Shown: positions 10,540 to 17,894 of the stretch, in pieces | Layout of the letters: every line of letters starts with the position of its first letter | Position numbering within the stretch: position 1 is the first letter of the stretch | Origin: a virus | Taxonomy: Duplodnaviria > Caudoviricetes | Virus record (IMG/VR): IMGVR_UViG_3300037246_001990 | Location: 1 to 63,032 of that record | Strand: one strand, 5' to 3' | DNA length: 63,032 bases | The notes under the pieces: generated by a model | The model's input: only the letters and a program-made list of their open reading frames with translations | Database searches by the model: none | Told to the model about the DNA's origin: nothing | Program-made: the position numbers and the translations under genes

Positions 10540-10617
10540 ATGACCGCACACCGGAGTGGATGGTGTACCTATCCCTTCACTCCATTTTTTCGGATATATA
10601 TTTTTGAGAAGACTTAA
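10540..10617 (+). CDS. Putative 25-aa leader peptide MTAHRSGWCTYPFTPFFRIYIFEKT
   Basis: Strong SD AAGGAGGT (10527-10534) 5 nt before ATG; contains hairpin GGAGTGGA/TTCACTCC followed by A and T6. Confidence 0.4.
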   Translation: MTAHRSGWCTYPFTPFFRIYIFEKT

Positions 10618-10738
10618 TATAATTTCAGACCGCTGAATGGCTTCAGCAATGGTATTCGGAACCATAGATTGTGGGTTCAATTCCCATCTTTGCCTACCAA
10701 GCATGGCAATGCTATAAAGTTATATTTACTACTTCTCA
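10605..10738 (+). ncRNA. Scaffold RNA unit 1 with tRNA-like cargo (anticodon-like arm TCG, T-arm)
   Basis: TGAGAAG/CTTCTCA outer stem, GACT, AATATAAT/GTTATATT inner stem, TTCAGA; cargo ATGGT-ATTCGGA-ACCAT and GTGGG-TTCAATT-CCCAT. Confidence 0.7.
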
Positions 10739-10746
10739 TTTTTTAT

Positions 10747-10810
10747 GGGGTGTACCATGATTCGATTTACGCATAGACGTCTTACGTTTCGTGGATATTG
10801 CACCCCACCA
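10747..10810 (+). ncRNA. NCCA-ended acceptor-stem-like hairpin
   Basis: GGGGTGTA/TGCACCCC stem followed by ACCA then TTT. Confidence 0.6.
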
Positions 10811-10817
10811 TTTATAT

Positions 10818-10885
10818 GCGAGGGGGACTGAGTATAGTTTCAGAAACTTCGGTCTAAGAACTATATTCAAATCCCCCGAGCGCCA
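10818..10885 (+). ncRNA. Scaffold RNA unit 2 (short cargo, ends CCA)
   Basis: GGGGGA/TCCCCC, GACT, GAGTATAGTT/AACTATATTC, TTCAGA; ends CGCCA. Confidence 0.7.
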
Positions 10886-10892
10886 ATTTTAT

Positions 10893-10930
10893 GCCGGATG
10901 ATACACATGTTTATCCATGTGCCGGCTCCA
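10893..10930 (+). ncRNA. NCCA-ended mini-hairpin
   Basis: GCCGG/CCGGC plus TCCA; inner CACATG/CATGTG stem; followed by TTTT. Confidence 0.55.
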
Positions 10931-10937
10931 TTTTCAT

Positions 10938-11012
10938 GCCTGGGAGACTGTTGATGATTTCTGAATATCTAGTGAGATAAAAAAAATTATTAATAATTTC
11001 TCCCCGGCACCA
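10938..11012 (+). ncRNA. Scaffold RNA unit 3 (ends ACCA)
   Basis: GCC..GGGAGA/TCTCCC..GGC, GACT, GTTGATGATT/AATTATTAAT, TTCTGA; ends ACCA TTT. Confidence 0.7.
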
Positions 11013-11017
11013 TTTGT

Positions 11018-11074
11018 GGGGCGTGCTAGCTCTGACTATTTTGCGGACGTTATCTAGCTCTAAGCGCCCCACCA
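11018..11074 (+). ncRNA. NCCA-ended acceptor-stem-like hairpin
   Basis: GGGGCGT/GCGCCCC 7-bp stem plus ACCA; inner GCTAG/CTAGC. Confidence 0.6.
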
Positions 11075-11077
11075 TTT

Positions 11078-11199
11078 AACTGGAAGACTTTATATGGTTT
11101 CAGATTGTCGCTAATAACGACAAAGCCAGGCGTCAAAGCCGATACCGAGAATCGGACGGTATATTCCGATTGCCAAAACTATATATTTAACTTCCAGTT
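11078..11199 (+). ncRNA. Scaffold RNA unit 4 (multi-hairpin cargo)
   Basis: AACTGGAAG/CTTCCAGTT, GACT, TATATGGTT/AACTATATA, TTCAGA; cargo hairpins TTGTCG/CGACAA and AATCGGA/TCCGATT. Confidence 0.7.
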
Positions 11200-11209
11200 T
11201 ACATTTTTC

Positions 11210-11304
11210 AACATGAAAGACTTTATATAATTTCAGAAAGTCACTTGAAATGACTCGGCTATTGGAGCCTCTTCCAACATAATTATATATACTACTTTCA
11301 TGTT
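11210..11304 (+). ncRNA. Scaffold RNA unit 5
   Basis: AACATGAAAG/CTTTCATGTT, GACT, TATATAATT/AATTATATA, TTCAGA; cargo AGTCA/TGACT. Confidence 0.7.
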
Positions 11305-11339
11305 TTATTTTCTTTTACAATGCCCCTCGTCATTGTATC

Positions 11340-11477
11340 TTTACTAGAAAGACTTTAATGTGATTTCTGACGCGCATTAGCTCAGTTGGTAGAGCTATGT
11401 CCTATAGAGACATTAGTCTTGGGTTCAATTCCCAAATACGCAAACAACAAGATTACATTCTTTAACTTTCTAGTAAA
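11340..11477 (+). ncRNA. Scaffold RNA unit 6 enclosing a full tRNA cloverleaf
   Basis: TTTACTAGAAAG/CTTTCTAGTAAA, GACT, AATGTGATT/GATTACATT, TTCTGA; cargo 11371-11443. Confidence 0.75.
11371..11443 (+). tRNA. tRNA-like domain with anticodon ATA (Tyr-reading), probably not a functional tRNA
   Basis: TAGCTCAGTTGGTAGAGC D-arm, ATGTC-CTATAGA-GACAT anticodon arm, TTGGG-TTCAATT-CCCAA T-arm; acceptor stem has C1-A72 and C5-A68 mismatches, ACA instead of CCA. Confidence 0.55.
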
Positions 11478-11490
11478 ACTTTTTTATCGT

Positions 11491-11555
11491 GCAGGGACTT
11501 GTTTGTGACTTCAGATTGGTTTCGGCTCTTCTACAGTCACAACTAGTTCCCCTGC
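11491..11555 (+). ncRNA. Scaffold RNA unit 7
   Basis: GCAGGG/CCCTGC, GACT, TTGTGACT/AGTCACAA, TTCAGA; followed by C and T-run. Confidence 0.7.
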
Positions 11556-11559
11556 CTTT

Positions 11560-11665
11560 TTTTATAGTGTAAACGGACATAGGCGCCGTTGGATAACAGG
11601 AATAAATGGCACCAGACAAAACCTGTTGAATCTGTCCTTTTGGTGCGGTGTAGGGCGCTATAAAA
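11560..11665 (+). ncRNA. Structured RNA with possible H-type pseudoknot
   Basis: TTTATAGTGT/GCGCTATAAA closing stem, GGACA/TGTCC, crossing pairs GGCGCCGTT/AATGGCACC and AACAGG/CCTGTT. Confidence 0.45.
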
Positions 11666-11675
11666 TAACATCAAC

Positions 11676-11746
11676 AATGGACTGTGTGTAGTTTCAGATA
11701 TGCGACATCCAAAAGGTGAAAGACAATCACTACACACAATCCCATT
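11676..11746 (+). ncRNA. Scaffold RNA unit 8
   Basis: AATGG/CCATT, GACT, GTGTGTAGT/ACTACACAC, TTCAGA; followed by T-run. Confidence 0.7.
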
Positions 11747-11828
11747 TTTTATGAATATTTAACTTCAACCAGGAAAATTGTATATTAAGACTTTCCGTTG
11801 AAAATTTGTGAAAGGAGGTAGTTGAACA

Positions 11829-13403
11829 ATGACCATGATGAAGCTAGACTCAGGAATTCTTCAATATGTCCCAAAGGGTGCTTATTATGAAGGCGCAGAT
11901 CAACAATTTGAGATGGTAAAAGATGTTTGGGATAGGTTGCTCAATTACGACAGGGCGTTATTCGCTTTGTTATCACTTTTAAATGGAAGTCATTTTTCCA
12001 AAGGGATGATCAGTCATCTCTTACTATCTAACCCTACAGCTGGAAAAGGACTGGTGACTAAAGACGGTCCAGACAATCCATTGGTTCCGGTAGGACTTCC
12101 TGATGATTTTGAAAAGAATGTTATCCTTTACAATCTAGAGAAGGTTGCAGAGGATTCCATGCCAAGAGCTTTGAAGAATCTGTTGATTTTAGTAGGCAGC
12201 GAAGGAAGAAATGCGAAAAGAGTCAACAATTCACGAACCAGATCAATCATTCTCGATTTTATTTTCAATCGGGATAATCGTCAGTTGGATGCTCTTGCTG
12301 TCAACTACAAAAACAAATTGGCAAAACTTGTCAAACATGCATTAGGGAAGCAAGATCTCTATAATATATTAAATAATAATAATGATAAAAAGCTTTATAC
12401 AAAGCTTATAGGACGATATAATCGTAATGCTTTACCAATTGTCTGTTTTTTGTTTGGAACTTCACAGGCGCCGGCTCAGGTTCATCAAGCCCAAGCATAC
12501 TTTCCAATGGTTGAAAATTATTATGCATTGAAAGAAGCAGCATCCACTGGAAATATCCCAGGTTTCAAAAAGCATATGAAGAAGCTCCCTTGGAGAACTG
12601 TCATGGGGTTTAGAAACTCTTATAAACTCACAATCGAAAAGTCAGAAATCCTCGGCGCATCAAAAATGTCTGACAGAGATCTGATTCAAACCCAATCAGC
12701 TCAGAAACGAGCTGGAGCAAAAACTGTTCGAAAAGTCAACTACAAGAAGCAAGATCTGTATGATCTGTGGAAGTTGTATTACCACAAGCTTCTTAATAAT
12801 GATGGAGCTGAAATGGATAAGATTGTCGAAGGAATTGATTATGTAGATGCTAATACCGAAAAGATGGATTTCGGAGATGTAGCTGCAGTCCTTGATATGA
12901 GCCATTCAATGCGGGGAAGTGATGAACGTCCGCTCCATCCAATGTTAACTTCAATGTGTCTACTATCAGTAATTTCAGATGTTAAATCTATCCATATGGT
13001 AAGTGGAAAACAGGTACAGATAGAAGGCACAGAATATTCAGCTCTTGTAGCAAATGGATCTTCACCATTATGGAAAGGTCTTGTTGAAGCAGTATTAACC
13101 GGAGCAAAAACTATAATCGTCATTTCAGATGGTTATGAAAATACAGTGAAAGGAATGTTTAATCATGTATATAAGCATTTCAAAGATGCTGGAAAAGATT
13201 TTGAGATCATTCATATCAACCCAGTTTTTTCTGCCGATGCAAAATCCGGAACTACAAGAACACTGATTGAGGGCGACAATCCATTACCAGTAGCAAACTA
13301 TAAACATCTGGAGACAGAATTTATATTTCGTAAAATGCTTGAACATACGGAGATGGTCAAACAACTCCTTGTGGGCAGGTACAAAAAATTAATCGGGAGG
13401 TGA
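11829..13403 (+). CDS. Helical N-terminal region plus C-terminal vWA domain protein, Ro60/TROVE-like architecture
   Basis: 524 aa; vWA MIDAS AAVLDMSHSM and IIVISDGYEN; Lys/Arg-rich N-terminal ~340 aa; strong RBS GAAAGGAGGT; follows the RNA array. Confidence 0.6.
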   Translation: MTMMKLDSGILQYVPKGAYYEGADQQFEMVKDVWDRLLNYDRALFALLSLLNGSHFSKGMISHLLLSNPTAGKGLVTKDGPDNPLVPVGLPDDFEKNVILYNLEKVAEDSMPRALKNLLILVGSEGRNAKRVNNSRTRSIILDFIFNRDNRQLDALAVNYKNKLAKLVKHALGKQDLYNILNNNNDKKLYTKLIGRYNRNALPIVCFLFGTSQAPAQVHQAQAYFPMVENYYALKEAASTGNIPGFKKHMKKLPWRTVMGFRNSYKLTIEKSEILGASKMSDRDLIQTQSAQKRAGAKTVRKVNYKKQDLYDLWKLYYHKLLNNDGAEMDKIVEGIDYVDANTEKMDFGDVAAVLDMSHSMRGSDERPLHPMLTSMCLLSVISDVKSIHMVSGKQVQIEGTEYSALVANGSSPLWKGLVEAVLTGAKTIIVISDGYENTVKGMFNHVYKHFKDAGKDFEIIHINPVFSADAKSGTTRTLIEGDNPLPVANYKHLETEFIFRKMLEHTEMVKQLLVGRYKKLIGR

Positions 13404-14380
13404 TGTATATGTCATTACTTGACAAACTAAATTTCATTAATAAACTGGAGTTAGGAGATGTACAGTCAGATGAAGAAATGACTATCATTCCTTTGATTGG
13501 AGAGTTAAGGCATCATGTAGCACCTCCAGAATCACTACAGTTTACACGAACCACAACATATGGTTCAATGGAATTCAGAAACACAAATCAAGAAGAGCCA
13601 GCAATTATTCCTTCCCATATGATGGTAAGGGGTAAGTCGGCTCAAGATCATGCAATGAGTGGATCCGGTATCGTATTAGCAGCTTCTGATCGTTTATTTC
13701 AAAATGCATGTTGTGTTGAACAAACTCAAGGCGGTTTACTTCATGGGCAAAATGTTGAAACCGATGTATTGCCTCTTGAGCTACGAAAAGCTTTACTAGA
13801 TCCGGCCCGAAGAACAGATCGTGAATATGGAAAACTTTGGGGTAGCATCAAAACATGGTTGAGAAAGTTCAACAAATTTTCAACTGTGAACCGAGCTCAC
13901 ATCAGAGACTTCTTCGATGATAAAGATTACAAAGAGTCATTGGAAGAGTTCGCAGCGAGTTTCGAACCGGTAGATGGGCAGATTGGAGCTTTAATCATGT
14001 TCAATGGAATTCCAGTTGGTTTGGAAATTATGCCAAGTGCTGAACATTGGCAAGCATACTGGAAATGGTTGATTCGTGGATGTTATGGATCTCAACTGAT
14101 CAATATGAAAGAAAGTGGAGAGCTACCAAGATCAACAATGATTTTGCCCAAGCTGAGTAATGAAACGCCTGATAATAAGGTCGAAGAAATCATAACTGAG
14201 TTTATTAATAACATAAAACTTAGTATGGTTCCCATGCTTGAAGGCATCGAGATTACAAATCAAACTCAAGTGGACTCCATTGGTAATTTGAAAACTCAAT
14301 TATTGAGAACCGACAGTGGAGGTGGTGGTGATCTTATCACTCAGGATAATGAACCTGTATACCTCTCTTTAATTTTGTAG
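13400..14380 (+). CDS. ARPP-family (DUF6569/ARPP-1 or ARPP-2-like) protein
   Basis: LELGDVQ...TIIPL, AQDHAM, ACCVEQTQGG, FEPVDGQIGALIMFNG..VGLEI pattern; overlaps the vWA gene. Confidence 0.55.
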   Translation: MMYMSLLDKLNFINKLELGDVQSDEEMTIIPLIGELRHHVAPPESLQFTRTTTYGSMEFRNTNQEEPAIIPSHMMVRGKSAQDHAMSGSGIVLAASDRLFQNACCVEQTQGGLLHGQNVETDVLPLELRKALLDPARRTDREYGKLWGSIKTWLRKFNKFSTVNRAHIRDFFDDKDYKESLEEFAASFEPVDGQIGALIMFNGIPVGLEIMPSAEHWQAYWKWLIRGCYGSQLINMKESGELPRSTMILPKLSNETPDNKVEEIITEFINNIKLSMVPMLEGIEITNQTQVDSIGNLKTQLLRTDSGGGGDLITQDNEPVYLSLIL

Positions 14381-14394
14381 AAAGTGGGGAGTAT

Positions 14395-14541
14395 ATGAGC
14401 GTTGAGCAGAAACAACTGAAGAATTTAAGAAATAGGGCTTTCGATTATATTAAAAAATCAACACCTGAAACATTAGTAAAATTAGCATTGTTTCTAAAAA
14501 TCAAAGTCCCCAATGAACTTATTGAAAAGTATAAGAAGTAA
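14395..14541 (+). CDS. Small basic hypothetical protein (48 aa)
   Basis: ATG after GGGGAG RBS; MSVEQKQLKNLRNRAFDYIKK...; below the ORF-track size cut-off. Confidence 0.55.
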   Translation: MSVEQKQLKNLRNRAFDYIKKSTPETLVKLALFLKIKVPNELIEKYKK

Positions 14542-14591
14542 TCTAAAAGCCTGTCTTCATGGTCATCGTGACGTTGAAGACTTACACACCC

Positions 14592-14665
14592 CTACTGTCT
14601 GGCAGTATCGGTATCGCTTTTATTCTCTAAAAAGGGAAAAAGCGTCCGATTCTGTCAGACAGTAG
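14592..14665 (+). ncRNA. Long imperfect hairpin (structured RNA or regulatory element)
   Basis: CTACTGTCTGGCAG/CTGTCAGACAGTAG, ATCGG/CCGAT, CGCTTTT/AAAAGCG; followed by palindrome AAAGTCATGACTTT and T-rich tract. Confidence 0.5.
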
Positions 14666-14708
14666 AAAGTCATGACTTTAAAACTTTTTTCCTTTTTTCA
14701 GTTTTTAA

Positions 14709-15299
14709 GTGAGGAGTTACAAAATGAGGAGCACATCAACAGAACGATTCTTAGAAAAGTTGGGGGCTGAAGTTTATCCAATTACTATTGTCAAATTTCT
14801 TCTAAACAGGCGTAGAATTTTAAATTATTTTGAGATAGCTCAACAAGATAATTTTAAAATTCAGGTTAAATATGAAGTAGATCATTCAACCTGTCCTATT
14901 TGTGAACAGAAAAAACCAGAAGGAATTCTTTGCCGTCAACATACATCAATTGACAGAGTTCTTAAAGCCAACACCGTAATGTTCGATATTGATACGAACA
15001 CATATTTCTTCAAGAATGAAATTTTTAGGATGGTGGGGAATAGACTAGTCATCATATATTGTCCTCACCCCAAACTTATCACTGGAGATATTACGGATAA
15101 GAAGGCAAGAAAGATTAATCCGATTACAATTGAAGATAAAAATCTTGAAGGTCTTCCTCAATATGAAGGCATAAAAGAATTTATGTCGTTATCATTAATG
15201 GATCAGAATATGACATGCTGGTTCAATTATGAATTTACATTATCAACCATACCAGATACTAGAGATAAATCCGATTGGTGTCTTATACCAAATAGGTAA
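14709..15299 (+). CDS. Hypothetical protein with CxxC...CxxH zinc-finger-like motif
   Basis: CPICEQKKPEGILCRQH; likely start at ATG 14724. Confidence 0.65.
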   Translation: MRSYKMRSTSTERFLEKLGAEVYPITIVKFLLNRRRILNYFEIAQQDNFKIQVKYEVDHSTCPICEQKKPEGILCRQHTSIDRVLKANTVMFDIDTNTYFFKNEIFRMVGNRLVIIYCPHPKLITGDITDKKARKINPITIEDKNLEGLPQYEGIKEFMSLSLMDQNMTCWFNYEFTLSTIPDTRDKSDWCLIPNR

Positions 15300-15304
15300 T
15301 CAAA

Positions 15305-15598
15305 ATGAAATTAAAAAAAGTTATTACGGCAATGAAAGATCCAGATCCATGTGAAAAATGTTTAGTTCGACCAATATGCAGAATCTTATGTGAAAATAAG
15401 AGAAATCGAAATGGTCGAGCTAATTCATACTGGGTTGGTTTCTCGCCTCTTATTTTTGTTATAAGTATAAGTGTTTATGTATTTTCATTTGCAATTGCAA
15501 ATGTGTTTTACCACTTTGGTTTGTTAACTAAAAAACAGGTCAACGTGTTTGATCCATTTTTAGATGAAAGTCAAATGGATAGATTAAATTATTATTAA
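15305..15598 (+). CDS. Small Cys-cluster membrane protein (PCxxCLxxxxC family)
   Basis: PCEKCLVRPICRILC followed by a hydrophobic segment. Confidence 0.6.
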   Translation: MKLKKVITAMKDPDPCEKCLVRPICRILCENKRNRNGRANSYWVGFSPLIFVISISVYVFSFAIANVFYHFGLLTKKQVNVFDPFLDESQMDRLNYY

Positions 15599-15612
15599 CG
15601 GAGGAATAAACC

Positions 15613-16554
15613 ATGCCCGAATTTGAAGAGTATGCTGATTTAGAATCAACTGGACACGAAAGTCGAGAGCCTATTAAACCTGAGGATGAGTTTTATCATA
15701 GTGTTTATATTTCAGGTAAAACTCGAAAAAATCACATCGGAACCACAGAAGAAGTTGGTAAGTTTCAAGTCAGAGGTGTAGAATATAATCTCGATCAAGT
15801 TAATTTGATTATTACTCACACTAAAGATTTGCTTGTCAAGGAAAACCAAAGTGGTGGACGTCAGAATATTGAATGTACTTCATTCAAACCTGGTCTGCCT
15901 CCCTGGTATGGAACTTCAAGACTTCAGAGTGGTGATCCAAGACAGTGTCCTCAAACATCAGCAGAAAGAGCAGTGAATGATTACTGTAGTCCGTGTCGTT
16001 CCCAAATTGTTGTTGCAGGTATCTACTGCAGTCCTGATGGAAATCCCATTCTATCAGGAGAAAAGAAACCAATATTCCTATTTATTAGAGGAAAGGGAAT
16101 GAAATACTCAAATGTATCAAATTACTTGGGCGACCTTTTTAAGTTGGATTTAAATCCCATCTTTGAACCAGTTACAGATCAATCTCAATTGTTTGAGAAA
16201 AAAGTTGTAAACAATAAAAGGTTCGTTACGAATATTACCAAAGGAACCGCTCCTTCCCAATATGGCGATAAAGATGTATTCGTCCTACAAACAGGAACGG
16301 AACTACCAAAAGAAGTTGTCTTAAAAATCTTAGACGCTTCAAAGAAAACTCTTGACAAATTCAATGATAAATTTGATTGGTCTAAGAGAGTATCAACATC
16401 TGGTTATGGTGATGATAAGAAACCTGAAAACGATGAAAAGGTCTTATCACTTGATGGAGACAATACACCAGAAGAACCAACACAGGAAAGTGGCCAAACT
16501 GAAGATAAAGCAAAACAAACCTTCAGCTTTGATGATGTTAATTTTGATAATTAA
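15613..16554 (+). CDS. Probable single-stranded DNA-binding protein
   Basis: 313 aa with acidic tail ending FSFDDVNFDN, typical of phage SSBs; GGAGG RBS; replication context. Confidence 0.45.
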   Translation: MPEFEEYADLESTGHESREPIKPEDEFYHSVYISGKTRKNHIGTTEEVGKFQVRGVEYNLDQVNLIITHTKDLLVKENQSGGRQNIECTSFKPGLPPWYGTSRLQSGDPRQCPQTSAERAVNDYCSPCRSQIVVAGIYCSPDGNPILSGEKKPIFLFIRGKGMKYSNVSNYLGDLFKLDLNPIFEPVTDQSQLFEKKVVNNKRFVTNITKGTAPSQYGDKDVFVLQTGTELPKEVVLKILDASKKTLDKFNDKFDWSKRVSTSGYGDDKKPENDEKVLSLDGDNTPEEPTQESGQTEDKAKQTFSFDDVNFDN

Positions 16555-16579
16555 GTTACGTTGAAAAGGAGCTATTTAA

Positions 16580-17890
16580 ATGCCGGATGACACTCAAACG
16601 AAGGAAACCGAACTCAAATACCACGAGATATTAAACATCTCGGTTTTATCAATCAACAAGATAAAGGAGCTTATCAAACAGGATATTGTCCGTACATTCA
16701 AAACATGGGCAAGTGGTAAAGATGTAAAGAAACAATGTTGGCATATAATAGGTCCGGCCGGCGTTGGGAAAACTGAAATCTGTGGACAGATAGCAAAGGA
16801 ACTTACAACTGAAGTTCCTCTTGCATTATCGAAGACAGAAATTAAAGCTCCTCATCTTGTGCCTGGTCTTACCGACGGACAAGAGTTCGTCTTTGATATG
16901 ATGATGATCAAAGCTCCAGTTCTTTCTAGAGATGATTTTATCATCCCCTTTCCAGTCATTGATGGCGGAGAAAACAGTTTTAAAATGCTGTATTCCGACT
17001 TCGTCCCAAAAGGTGAAAACACATATGGTCTCTTTGTTATTGATGAATTCTCAAGAGGAGATCATTCATTACAACAACTGTTATGGCAGGTTCAAAATGA
17101 ATACGCCATTCATAGACACCCATTCCCAAAGGGATGGTTTGTTATATCAATCGATAACCCGGATGATTCTGAATATCAAATGGACAACCTGGAAGATGCA
17201 GCAGGACTGAGACGACAGCTTCATATATACACTGAAGTAAGTCCCGTTGATTTTCTGGATTATGCAATCGCCAATGAATATCATCCATTTATTATTGAGT
17301 TCATTCAGACTCACCCTGAAAGGATCTATGACTTCCAATGTCAAAGTCGGGGAATGGTTTATGCGAACCCTGCAAGTTGGGAGAGAATGTCAGATCATTT
17401 ATGGAAAATGGAATCGGATGGCGGAATTGACTTTAGCACAATTGAGCATGTCGGTGCAGGTCTTTTGAATGTACATATGACTCAGTTATTCATCGATTTC
17501 GCCAGGGACAAAAAGGATATCAATCCAAGAGACGTGTTTTATCGTTTCAGTTCAGTGAAGAATGATATCCTCAAACTCAAGAAAGCAGGAGATAATGGAA
17601 AGCTCGGTGAGCTTATGGTCGGGTATTGTACCTTCATGACTACAACCAGACCTGACTACAAAGCGGAACACCTCAACAACATCGAGCAGTTCCTTCTTAT
17701 GATGCCCATCGATACGGCAGCGTTGTTTATATCACAAATCGATGGTTTTGATAGAAACTCGGCAGCGTTCAAATACATGACGGATATTCATGTTGCCTTA
17801 CTGAAAAAGTCGAAGAAGTATAAGAGGGAATTTTATGATCCTATCGTTGATTGTGGCGATGGAAAACTTAATGTAACAAAGGCATCCTAA
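16580..17890 (+). CDS. MoxR-type AAA+ ATPase
   Basis: Walker A GPAGVGKT, Walker B VIDEFSRG, SIDNP, DAAGLRR, NPASWE. Confidence 0.85.
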   Translation: MPDDTQTKETELKYHEILNISVLSINKIKELIKQDIVRTFKTWASGKDVKKQCWHIIGPAGVGKTEICGQIAKELTTEVPLALSKTEIKAPHLVPGLTDGQEFVFDMMMIKAPVLSRDDFIIPFPVIDGGENSFKMLYSDFVPKGENTYGLFVIDEFSRGDHSLQQLLWQVQNEYAIHRHPFPKGWFVISIDNPDDSEYQMDNLEDAAGLRRQLHIYTEVSPVDFLDYAIANEYHPFIIEFIQTHPERIYDFQCQSRGMVYANPASWERMSDHLWKMESDGGIDFSTIEHVGAGLLNVHMTQLFIDFARDKKDINPRDVFYRFSSVKNDILKLKKAGDNGKLGELMVGYCTFMTTTRPDYKAEHLNNIEQFLLMMPIDTAALFISQIDGFDRNSAAFKYMTDIHVALLKKSKKYKREFYDPIVDCGDGKLNVTKAS

Positions 17891-17894
17891 TAAT

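Noticed and set aside
10504-10704. Minus-strand 66-aa ORF (and the 64-aa ORF at 11543-11737)
   Set aside because: Antisense translations of structured RNA; WELNPQ is the typical reverse reading of a tRNA T-arm
10950-10964. Box C/D or K-turn motif (TGATGA...CTGA) in unit 3
   Set aside because: TGATGA occurs in only one unit and lies in a paired stem; most units have CAGA rather than CTGA
10605-11746. CRISPR array interpretation of the repeated GACT...TTCAGA units
   Set aside because: No identical direct repeats, unit lengths are irregular, conservation is in pairing rather than sequence, and no cas genes are present
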